DNA of 63,994 bases, filler included, from Octopus bimaculoides (taxonomy: Eukaryota): assembly GCF_001194135.2 (NCBI RefSeq). It is 5 parts of 5 records of this genome, joined end to end, with 100 filler letters (N's around TTAATTAATTAA, not from the genome) between each part and the next. Parts side by side here need not be neighbours in the genome. Positions count along the whole stretch, not along the records: positions 1 to 19,961 come from NC_068997.1; positions 20,062 to 29,571 come from NC_068987.1; 3 more parts are not named here. One strand, given 5' to 3'. The notes under the pieces were generated by a model. The model was not told where the DNA came from. It did no database searches and saw only the letters and a list, made by a program, of their open reading frames with translations. The stretch's first letter is position 1. Each line of letters starts with the position of its first letter. Position numbers and translations under genes: made by a program. Of the stretch, positions 11,982 to 23,410 are shown one piece after another.

Positions 11982-12959
11982 GTAAGATTTTTGAATACAA
12001 TTCTTTGTAGAAGTGAACAGATGAAGAGATGGGTGAACATAAATAAAAAAAGGGTATATTCAAACCCTTTTCCAGCTATGTTCACACATGTAGTTACTGC
12101 TTTCTCTTACACAAGTGTTATCTGTTTAACTAAATCATGCCAAAGATTACCAAAAGACTTGAAGTTAGGGAAGAGTCTATAACATTTACTTCCACAATTT
12201 GTGCCATTATTTTTGCCTGTGGAAACCCTTTGTGTAAAGAGTCATGACTTGTAACTCTCTAGTGTCATTGTTGCTTAGCTGTTTTTGCATTGGTTTGTAA
12301 CTGCTGCAGCCATTACTCACAGTTAGCAGACAAACAATTCTATTTAAAGTTAATGGTTCTGTCAAGGCAAAAGGTTGCCAAAAATAAAATGTTAATGAAA
12401 TGCTCTTCTACAAGAGATTCAATGGTTCAGTTTTTTTATGATATCGCTGAGCATTGAACATTATATGATCATGTTGCTTAGCTGTTTTTGCATTCAGAGA
12501 CAGTGAGTTGGTGTTTGGGATTAGGTCTATAATCACTAACTTCTCCCTTTTTTTGTTCTTTTAGCATTCTCTTTCCTTTTGTCATCCATGTTGGTGTTCC
12601 ATTTTCTATATAGTCAGTAAGAAACAGTTGTATATAGTTGTGCATGCTTGAGAGATATATAAATCAAAATCCCTAAATATCAGGGTCAGGGTCCAATTAT
12701 TTGCTTAAGCATTTTTTTCTCTTTCTCATCTGTAATATTTATATTCTTTTGTTTTGATCTATTTTCCATCTCACTTTAAATTTCAATAACCACTCTACTT
12801 CCATGTTATGTTGAACAAAAGTTTCTTGTTGCTTCCACATTTGGTGCATCATATCCTTGTTGATCATTCTCATTGTTCAGCTGTTTGTGAAATTTCCCTT
12901 CATTGTTTCTGAAGAGCCTGTTATCATAATATTATTTATCTTGTTTAAAACAGCAACTT

Positions 12960-15400
12960 CACTAGAGAATGTAACAAAGTGTTAGCTGTCCATGTTCCAT
13001 CTTCACATTTATCTCTATTTTTTCTCAGTCTGGTTTGTGAGCTTGGTACTTATTGTACCCATGGCTCCAACAGCAACAGGTATAACATTCACCTTCTTCA
13101 ATGCCTAGTCTTTATATTTCCCACCTCAAATCATCATATCTAACCTGCTTCTCTTCTCTTTCAAATACTTTATCATCTCCATGGCATGCTATATCTATGA
13201 TTAAACAGGCTTTTTCTCTTTATTTGCAACCACTATATCTAGATCTTGATGTTCAATTTTATGATCACATTGGATCACTACATCCCACAATATCTTGCCA
13301 TTCTCAATTACTCATTTTGGAGTTTGTTCGTACCACTTCTTTGCTCCATTCTGTCTACACTTGCCACATAGCTCCAAATGTGACATTACTGTGTCTTCTT
13401 TTGTATTTTTTGGGGGGCTAACTCCATGCATTTATTCACAATATGCCATTCAGTCTCCCCTTTATCACTGCAAACCCAGTAGTTGTCACGTTCTGGTGTA
13501 TTGCCAATCCTGCATTTGATGTAATTTATCCTATGTGCTTGTTCTTACACAGCACAGATGGTGCTTCTGTCTCTGGCTTCAAGTCACTCTACCTTAACCA
13601 GTATCTGTATTTCTGCTCACCTCTCCTGCAAACTTTCTTCCATTCCATTTCTTTTTGTCTCCCTTAAACTTTTTTCTCTTTATAGTCCTCTGTCTCTATG
13701 CAAGTATCAATCCTGACTATACTGTATATTCTCACCTGAAATGAAAGAACTCTCACATTCTTGATATACCAGCCCAAACTTCTTTCTTCTAAACATATAC
13801 AACTTTCATAGCAAGGAGAATCTTTGCCATCCTTGTGTTTGTTGAGATATAACCTGTCAATATTGCTCTAGCCTCTGTAACTCCTTTTTACTCAGATTGG
13901 TAATACATGCACCATACCTTGATATCTGAAACTTATTTCTTCTATTCCCTTTTGTCCACAACACCAGTCTAAGTCTTCAGAATTACTGTTGCATAAAGTT
14001 TCATACCATCATGTCATTCACCTCCATTATACCCTAATATTTTTACCCATTATCATCAATACTTTCCATACCTTCTATGCCTTCAAATTTGTTCTTTCCT
14101 TCTCATTAGGAATATTTCTCCACATATTTTTAAACCACATTCCATTTCCACTGTGTTTACTAAAGAAATAACTTGAGCTGATGAGCTTCTTCATTATGTA
14201 TCTTGAGATCATCCATAAATAATCAATGATAGATCTTTTGCTGTTTTTCTTTATGTTACTTTTGTCAGTAGCAATATTAAAGATATTATTCATAAAACAA
14301 ATAATAAAGGAGGCATTATTTCCTTGAAAAATCTATCTCTTGATTCTTAACATTCTTATGTTTTGTCCATATGATGTGAGCTCAGTCTCCTACCTTTCTA
14401 TGCCTTTTCTAAAAAAACAAACTACAGAGTGGTTGATGTTAGGAAGGGCATCCAGCCATAAAAACCATTTCAAATGATACCTGAATAAGGTTCATTTAAG
14501 TCTGCACAAAACACATTTGGTTGGTTTCTTTTATCTTTGTAAGTAGATCAAGTCATTTACTTTCTTGATATCTTTTGATGTGGTCATTATTTGTTGGGCT
14601 CTGTTGTATCTTTATCCTTTCACAGAGCTATTTATGTAGACCGGGGAGATGTTTATGCTAACTCATATTTATGAACTTTGTGATGTTTTCTTCTATTTTT
14701 GCTATTTCTTTAGTTGGTTTGTCCCCATCATTGATTAAAGCTGGTCTGTTATGGTGTGTGTTATTTTGTTTGTTGTTGTTTTGTGTTTCAGTATTTGCTT
14801 GTCTATGTGTTGTTGATTTGCTGTACTGTTTTATTTGTTTCTGATTTGGGTAGCTGTGAAGGGATTTTACTTTGATTCAGCCTTTTATTTGCCGTATGCA
14901 TTGTTACCTCTGTTGTGTTCCTTTCTTTAGTGGGGTCTTATCTCTTTTTGGAGATATAATGTCTGATGTGCTATTTCTGTTTGATTGCAGCCCATTGTTT
15001 TGAGTTGTAAAATGTTTTGTTTTATTTTCAGCATGTATTTTTCCTATTAGTTTGTCTATTTCAGTTTAGGGCACTTTTCTCTCTCGCTGGATATAAACAC
15101 TGGACATTTGCAAGAGTATTTTCCAAGACTTTTTCCCTTATATCTGTATTTCTTCTCCATATTTGATATGTTTCTTTTATTATCCCTGTGTGTTTCAGAT
15201 ATAGTTTTGCAGTGTAGAATGCATATAGCTCTTCAATGTAGCTGTTTTGGTTTTGTTTTTTGCCTGAACAGCTTTGACTAGTGATAAGGACAAACCAACT
15301 AAAGAAGTAGCAAAAACAGAAGAAAGCATTACAAAATCGATAAATAGTTAGCATAAGCATCTCCCCAGGCTACATAAATAGCTCTGTGAACATGTCTTTT
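12960..15400 (-). mobile_element. R4/Dong-like non-LTR retrotransposon remnant (RT, zinc finger, restriction-like endonuclease)
   Basis: Minus-strand fragments in order: YIEELYAFYTAK...KETYQIWRR; SNIDRLYLNKHKDGK...EERSLGWYIKN; KWYEQTPK*VIENGKILWDVVIQCDHKIEHQDLDIVV...CLIIDIACHGD...VIPVAVGAMG. Confidence 0.75.
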
Positions 15401-16014
15401 CAGTGTTAGCCTTTTGGCAGAACACTGTCTCTGGACATATGCTGAGGCTACTTTTGTATTGTGATCATCTGAGACTCACAGATCAAAATTCACCTCTATT
15501 TGTTTTCATAGTTTTATTACTGAGCATAACTGCTTTTTTCTCTCAGTTTAAAATGGGATGTGTTGCATCTTATATTTATTATTATTTCTCTCTTTTAATT
15601 TCTTTAAACACTGTGTGTTGTATGTTGTCTTGTTCATGTGCTAAAGGTTGTACATGTACATGTGTAAACTGTATAAACATTACATTTATGTGTATATGTA
15701 TAGAAATGAGAATGTACTTGCACTCATAGCTCCTTTTATAGGATCACATTTTTGTGTATTATTTAAATTGTTTTACAGGTATATTACATCTCCATGCAAT
15801 ATTTACTTTTTACACATATACCTTGCTGTGAAAATGTGCCTGGCAGCAACTATGTTTCATATATGAGAAAAATATTTCAGCATCCTGAAATGATTTTCAT
15901 TAACAAACAATTTTCTTTAATTTTTGTTGCAGTTTCTTAAATCCTGTTTGCCAATGATCACAGATGTGATCCTTTCTCATAGAGAGCTTGCTTGTATACA
16001 TATATTATTATTAT

Positions 16015-16222
16015 TAAGGCAGTGAGCTGGCAGAATTGTTAGCATGCCAGGCAAAATGCTTAGCAGTATTTTGTCTGTCTTTACATTCAAATTCTGCCCA
16101 GGTTGACTTTGCATTTCATCCTTTTGGGGTTGATAAATTAAGTACCAGTTGCATACTGAGGTCGATCTAATTGATCGGTCCCCTCCCACCAAATTTAAGG
16201 CTTTGTGCCTGTAGTAGAAGGG

Positions 16223-16279
<57 letters not shown>

Positions 16280-16280
16280 G
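16015..16280 (+). mobile_element. SINE family B (AAGGCGGCGAGCTGGCAGAA head) with (TAT)n tail
   Basis: Shares ...GGTCGACTTTGCCTTTCATCCTTTCGGGGTCGATAAA.TAAGTACCAGTT with about 12 other copies in the window. Confidence 0.8.
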
Positions 16281-16449
16281 CTCCTACTTTGACAAACAAT
16301 AGTTGATTGCTGTATTATATTGAAAACTTAGTTTTAATAGGTAAAGGGTTCATGTTAGAGTATACTGAGGTTTATTTTATGTAAAGCTATTGTTTAAATA
16401 TAATATTGTAGAAATACTTTTATATTTTACAAAGTCATTCTCTTTTTAG

Positions 16450-16559
16450 CAACCCACAACCACATAAGAATGAATCTAACATTTGAAGGTGAGCTAGATG
16501 CACCTCCAACCTATGATGAAGTTATGACACCAAGCAGTCTACAAGGCAATTTTAATTTG
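16450..16559 (+). CDS. Internal exon, cytoplasmic tail with first PPxY motif
   Basis: TTTTTAG acceptor and GTAAG donor, phase 1 to 0, joining the previous exon in frame. Reads (A)THNHIRMNLTFEGELDAPPTYDEVMTPSSLQGNFNL. Confidence 0.82.
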
Positions 16560-16742
16560 GTAAGAAAAACATGCTTCTTGAATTTAACAAAAGTTTACAA
16601 GAACAATAACTGCTTTCAGCCATGTAAAAGGATGTTTTTACTTTTTCTGTTCTTCAGTTTATATGAGTCATTGATGATGAGGCTTTCAGCAATTTTATTT
16701 TGCCTGCTGAACAGTAACTCTCATTCGAGTGCCATTTTGCCA

Positions 16743-16779
<37 letters not shown>

Positions 16780-17890
16780 TTAGCTTTATTTTTATATAAA
16801 ACTTAATGGGGTTAGGTCAGATGATCATTACAAAATGAAAAAAATAAAAATTATATCGTTAATTTTCACTTAGAAAAGAATATAATTTCTTCAAACCGTT
16901 TTTATCCAATTTTTTTTTTTTTTTTGCATTAGACACTTCAAATGCAATGGGAAAAGCCTTTATGATGGAGGGAAACAAATTATGAGAATATCTCAAGATG
17001 TAAAAGTATGTGATTTGAAGGGGATTTAGCTGCTGTTTCCAGGTTGTCACAAGATGTACTAGAAACAGCAGCTAAACTTTCATTAAATAACAGCTTTTCA
17101 TCTTAAAATATTTTGAGGATTTTTTTTCTACTATATAGGCTTCTCCACTTACTTTTAAGTGCCTAGTGCTCCAAAAATGACCTGGAGATGTGAATAAAAA
17201 GCATAAATTTTCTGAAATTTCTTGTATAAAATTTGTGTCCCGCACCCCTCAATAATTTCCAGGGCTGTGGTAAGAAATCTGTGGGGAACATCCCCATCAA
17301 AACAGAGATAATTCAACTTATGTGGACTTTTTGATCAGAAATTCTGCCATTTATAGCCATTTTTAATAGTCTAATTAAAATTTTATGGAAAAGCTGTCAT
17401 GTCCCAAAATCTTAGGATTTATTTAGTTTTATACCTACTACAAATGTGCCAAACTTCAAGTCCCTGTGGCTTCTAGTTTTAGATTTAACAAGGTCTAAAA
17501 ACACTTCAAAAATTTACCATTTGTTACATGTAACAAAATAGGCTTTACATAAATATTTAAAATACTGCCAAAAAATGTTTACTTTTTTGAAAAAAATTGG
17601 GCAACTATTATACTATGGTCACTATTAATTTGTGTAATTTGGAGCTGATTATCATCTCAGTTTCAAATATATAACATTGCAAATATAGCTACTTATTCAT
17701 TTATACAAATTTGGCAAAATTTCAACTATTTCAGTCATATTTCCTAAAATATTCATCCAAATTTCACAAGTAAGCTCTCCAAGAAAGAGTACAATGGAAA
17801 TTACATTTAAACATTTTCAAAAATTCATAGTGATACCTATTATTATTCTTGCTACTACACAATTTAAGTTGCAATATTTTTCCATTGCAG

Positions 17891-18202
17891 GCATTTAACT
17901 GGTCTCACAGTAACATTAATGAAACCTCAGTAATGCCACCAACATATCAGGAATATATGCAACAAATATCTGCTATTGATTGTGTAAATTCAAGAGGAGA
18001 TAATGATGAAGCAAGCAGTGATAACACAGTGCAACAAACTTTACCAGAGGAACAGGAAGGCAGATTACAACGGGAATCAAGTAATGGAAATAAGGATCAA
18101 ACAGTACCAGCAGCCTTAACAATAGATATAAATTCAGTTGAAAATAGTTTAGAAATTTCCCAGTCAGTTTTTGATATTAATTCTAATTCTAGCAGTTGCT
18201 AA
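17891..18202 (+). CDS. Terminal coding exon with second PPxY motif
   Basis: TTGCAG acceptor, phase 0. Reads AFNWSHSNINETSVMPPTYQEYMQQ...SNSSSC*. AATAAA candidates downstream near 18640 and 19143. Confidence 0.8.
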   Translation, partial: AFNWSHSNINETSVMPPTYQEYMQQISAIDCVNSRGDNDEASSDNTVQQTLPEEQEGRLQRESSNGNKDQTVPAALTIDINSVENSLEISQSVFDINSNSSSC

Positions 18203-18536
18203 TTATTCCAATGGCAATTTGTGTAGTGTACAGGGTTCTGAACAACACATAACCAACACTGAGAATTATATTAGGAAGCAGTAAACATGAGAGAAAGACA
18301 GATAAAAGAATGTAGGGATGTTGAAAATAGTAAAAGTCAAAAACCTTCAGTTGTATTTCTATCAGGATAAGGTAGCTCAGACAGTGAAGCATATATATAA
18401 GATTTAATGACAGTGAAAAGGGTATTAAACACACACACACATAATTGAGATTCAGTTGAATTAGGTACTTAAGTTGACACATCAAGTCAGTCTGGTATTA
18501 TCTGCACAGCTCAAAGTAAGGTGAATAGAATCAAAA

Positions 18537-18584
18537 TAAGCAACAGGATATCAAGTAGATCCCTACTTGATATCCTGTTGCTTA
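18537..18584. other. Perfect 22-bp hairpin in the presumed 3' UTR
   Basis: TAAGCAACAGGATATCAAGTAG-ATCC-CTACTTGATATCCTGTTGCTTA. Confidence 0.9.
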
Positions 18585-19771
18585 ACCATTTCAAGCAGCT
18601 CCATTTAATTTAAATGCAATGCCATCTTCAGCTGTGCAAATAAATAAATGGAATTTTAACAAGTTAGACACATTAATATAATTTTTCTCAAATATTTTAA
18701 CAGTGTAAGAAGATGGAAGAAATTCATGCTGTCACTGCTGTAGCTGAAAATAGACTACATTTCTAAGAATCACATGGAGGGATTGTAATCCATTTCTAAT
18801 TCATTTATCTCTTTATCAATTACTAAATCTAAGACTAGAAGACTGTCTATTTTGAATAAAAGACAAGAGTGAGTTGACAGCTTATGGCTAGGTATGGTCA
18901 TAAATATTATGATATGTATCCCTTTTCCTCAGGGAGGAAATAAGACATTAGGAGTAGTCAGTTGGATAATAAGTAACTGTCTATGGAAAGAGGCAGGATA
19001 GAGGTTGACTTTAGATCATGATGTTAATTACCAGTTCAAAGGGGTAAGATGTTAAGAAACCTAAGATGTTAATACAAAGGAAATTTTATTTAATGGCACT
19101 ATGGGTGATTGTTTATAAACAATATTGTTATGCTGTATAAAAATAAAATTTCAAAAATGATATCATAACCAAAATAGGTAAAATGTGTGTATATATCAAT
19201 TATAAATGTTAAAAAGGAAAGATTAAACAGAATCGGTTTAATATTCATTCATGTACTTAATTACTTATTAGGTAGTTTCTATAAAGACTGCTCAGGGCAT
19301 TTACTTCTGGAATAACAGGAAAGATATACATGCTATCTATTAATTTTAAGCCATGAATCAGAAAAATGTAAAGATGCATACACACACCTTTATATATGTA
19401 CATATATACACATACACAAGTATTTATATGTTTATATGGATATAGTATAACTATCTTGCATAACTCAAAAATATCTATTTAAGAACAAGAAAAATAACAC
19501 TTTGTAAGGGTATCAAAATAAGAATTTATAGTACTATATATAAGTACTAGGCTTACAAAGAATAAATCCTTGGGTCAATTTGCTTGACTAAAGGCGGTCC
19601 CCCAGCATGGTCACAGTCAAATGGCTGAAATAAGTAAAAGAATATATATATATGTTGTTGTACTTGGGGATGGTCATATTGCCAGTTTAGCCAATAAAAA
19701 CACACGCACTGTATATTTGGTGTTAATTTGCTTCAGCTTTATATTACATTACATTACATTAATCCTATTTC

Positions 19772-19815
19772 GGCCAGAGTTCTTTCGTCACACTTCTGTG
19801 ACCTCATCAGTGGTC
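19772..19815 (-). ncRNA. Minimal type-I hammerhead ribozyme motif
   Basis: Minus strand: GGACCA CTGATGA G GTCACA-GAAG-TGTGAC GAAA GAACTC|TGGCC. Canonical core, 6-bp stem II, stem I CCA/UGG, CUC cleavage triplet. Confidence 0.72.
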
Positions 19816-20324
19816 CTTTGCTTTCTTCTTTCTTATGTGTGTCCCACCTTGCTAACTATCAGCCATTTTGTATTTTGTATTCCTATTGTATGTGTCTACG
19901 CATGCATATCCCTCAATGTGTGTCTATGTTTTGTAATGTGTGTCTATATATATATATATATNNNNNNNNNNNNNNNNNNNNNNNNNNNNNNNNNNNNNNN
20001 NNNNNTTAATTAATTAANNNNNNNNNNNNNNNNNNNNNNNNNNNNNNNNNNNNNNNNNNNNTACAGGAATACATACATACATACTTACAAATGTACATAC
20101 ATTCAACCACAAAATCTCTGAGACCTTAATATTGAAAGGATGCTGATGAAAACAAGATTCTTTCTTTCATCACATTCCTTCCTGGTGGGTAGCCGGTCAA
20201 AATTTACTCTAAATTAAAAGCATTGATGAACACACATACAGTCATGCATGCATGCATGCATGCATGCATACATACATACATACATACATACATACATACA
20301 TACATACATACATACATACAGCTA

Positions 20325-20620
20325 ACTACGGAAGAAATACTTTTGGAATTAGGTATTATAAAAGTGGTAAAAATTTTGAAGCTCTGTCAGAAACATTTTA
20401 CCTCAAGAACCGTCTTTGCTCTCGATGAAGAAGATCATGGCCGATTTTTGGCCTTTTGCATGTCGCATTTCGAAAGTTGTGTAGAAGTTGCATACTTCCA
20501 AACAAAAATTCGCTGGAATGATGAAGTTATATTTAAATTCAATGACTCACTTAACCATCTCAATTGTAGCTAGTGAGGCGTGGGGTCCGGGAAATTGGAT
20601 CTCACGACCCAGTAGCAATG
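20325..20620 (+). mobile_element. Tc1/mariner-superfamily transposase fragment
   Basis: LDEEDHGRFLAFC...KIRWNDEVIFKFNDSLNHLNC resembles the ...RRLEFC...ILWSDEAxFxLNGxVNRHNC region around the first catalytic Asp. Confidence 0.6.
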
Positions 20621-21689
20621 GATGTCTACAAATATAAAGGATTAACAAATCTGGCCTAAATTCATAACGATCGAAAATCTGACTCCCTCTAAACTATGAG
20701 ATTCTCCTTACGCACAAAAAAATCAATTTTAACTGAGTTTTCAAACACTTCATTTGTCGTCATTAAACCATATAGTTGGTCACTAAATTATATCTCCTGA
20801 ATGTTACCTACATCAACCAGGTAGAGGAAGAATTGGTCAAAAACTTCACGTCTGATCAAAGTCAAATACACCGCGGTGAGCGTGATCCGTCGATTTCCTA
20901 ATACTTTGTTTCTGACGATCATCATCCTCGACGGGAATTTACTCCCAGCTCTCCATTAATATAAGCCAGATTTCTGACAACGCAAAATCCGGAGGTTGCG
21001 TATTAAAAGGCTAAATATGATATGCATTGCACCACAGTCACATTGTTCGGGATGCCGTATCTATTCTAATCCAATAAGTGAGCTCATATCTGTGCATTCT
21101 ATCTAAATTGGTAACATTAATCACAGGCTTGGGGTCCAGTAGCTGACTAGCCGAAATTTGCGACAAACTCTGCTATCGCTGCTTTCTGATCAAACAAATA
21201 CACTATCTTGATACAACATCTATCTAGTGATTTGAAAATCGCCAGTTATCCGCGCAATTACAAAACTTCTAAAACCACCGACAAACGGCGAAATATTATT
21301 AGCGAATCTAAAAGTTGAGACAATAAATTTAGGGGTAGATTTTGTCCTTAAACCATATGGATATCAAAGAACATCTTTCGATTTATAGATTAACTGACAT
21401 TACCTTCATTTTTGATTTATATTCACCACTTCATCTCGCCCATGCAGCTATATACGAAGACAATTGAAATATATCAGTCACATTTAACAAGATCTACCCC
21501 TACCAACATTGTCTTTATTTTCTAAGACCTTCAATTACCTGATATCTCCCTTGTTTGTTTGTTTTTAGACATTAATTGGATTCTCAAAACATATGGAAAC
21601 AGTTACTCATTACGAAAGGAAAATACACTATGTGAATTCTAAATCCAAAACTTAAATAGCCACTAAATACAGAGGTGTACTGTTATTAT

Positions 21690-21860
21690 ATAGGGTAATC
21701 CCTCGACCATCGTAGGGGTTACGTTCCACAATCCCCTACGATAGGTGAAAATCTGTAAAGTAGAAACAGTACTGTACTGATTTTTTTTTTTATTGTTAAT
21801 ATTTGTAGATATTGATTTTATTATAAATGCAAAACAACACCACAGAGGAATCGACACAAA
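21690..21860 (+). mobile_element. pogo/Tigger-type MITE fragment
   Basis: GTAATCCCTCGA end and internal AAATGCAAAA...GGAATCGAC are shared with 26146-26524. Confidence 0.45.
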
Positions 21861-22064
21861 CCTAAATAATATACCATGCGCTTTACACGATTTGTTATGG
21901 TTATCTCAACAGATATTCTATAAAAATCATAGACATCAATTATATACATATGACGTTTCGTATCCAAACCGTCGTAACAAAAGTCAGTGCTGCCTATAAT
22001 TAAAGTACACTGGTAACACAGTAGAACACGGTATTGACTTATGAAAGGCTTAATATACGTCATA

Positions 22065-22117
<53 letters not shown>

Positions 22118-22479
22118 AAGAGAGAGAATGGCTGCTTTCACTTATACGAGTATACGACAAAGCCATTGCTATTAAGAATCATTGAAATGAGTCATTGATG
22201 GTTCAATGTGATACCTTTATATATGCGCGTGTATATGTGTGTGTGTGAGTTTGTGCTTCTGTGTAAATACATACATATATATATACTTGATGCGTCCAGC
22301 CCTACTCTTCGAAACGCCTGTGTTAGAATGGGGGCAGCTGGTGAAGGAAATGTTCTCTATGTGGCCTGTGTGTTTTCTGTACTTGTTTATCATTTTGTCT
22401 ACGCTTTGTTTACAATGTCCTGTACTCAGATATGCATCTATATATACAGGTAGATGTAAGTATGTACATACATGTACAT

Positions 22480-23410
22480 ACATGTACGACAAAAATCCGG
22501 AATTGCTATGGGCACTAGAGCAGCTCCAGTCATTGCGAACTTAACAATGGGTTACTTGGAAAAAATAATATACCAGGAATCTTTATCCACCTTTGGAAAC
22601 ACCGTATCCCAATACATAAAAGAAAATTGGAAAAGGTTCCTGGACGACTGTTTCATACTCTGGAATGAAAACACAGATGAAATCTTGAAATTCAAAAGTC
22701 TATTGAACAGTGTCAACCCAAACATACAGTTCAGAATGGAGTACAACGGAAAGGAGCTCCCATTCTTGAATATACTAATTAAAAAAGTAAACCTAAAAAT
22801 AGAGACGGACATATTTTACAAAATCACAGACGCCAAACAATATCTATTATTTGATTCATGCCACCCAAGACACACCAAAACAAACATCCCCTTCAACCTT
22901 GCAAGAAGGATATGCACAATAGTGTCAGAACAAAATACTAGAGACTTTAGACTACAAGAACTCAAAAGCACACTAAATGACAGACACTACCCAGTTCAAC
23001 TCATAGAGGATGGGATCAGACGTGCATCACAAATCGACATAGAAAACTTAAGAAAAGTTAAATACAACAACACACCTTCCCCGAAAATACTGCCATACAT
23101 ATCCACATACAACCCCAGAAAGCCTTCACCATCATCACCCAAAACATACCAATGCTACATAAAGACCCCGAATTAAAGGAAATTCTACACACACACAAAA
23201 TCATTAAAAGCTACAAACAACCAAAATCATTGAAAAAGATCCTCACAAAGGCTAAATTATTTTCCAAAATAACAGAGGCAAAAGTAAAAATATGTGGTCG
23301 ACCAAATTGCGCAACATGCCCAAACCTCCTAGAAGGTTCAGAATTCCTCTTCAAAGAGGAAACTTTCTTCATTCAAAAATACAAACCCAAACTTAACCGT
23401 TGCTAACACA
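22480..23410 (+). mobile_element. Penelope-like element RT (thumb/linker) fragment, truncated before GIY-YIG
   Basis: RQKSGIAMGTRAAPVIANLTMGYLE...WKRFLDDCFILW...LPFLNILI...TDIFYKITDAKQYLLFDSCHPRHTKTNIPFNLARR, then after a frameshift CGRPNCATCP. Confidence 0.9.

Noticed and set aside
20006-20017. TTAATTAATTAA islands inside N-gaps (also 29616-29627, 39573-39584, 53980-53991)
   Set aside because: An identical 12-mer with stops in all six frames, embedded in Ns, is a scaffolding linker rather than biology.
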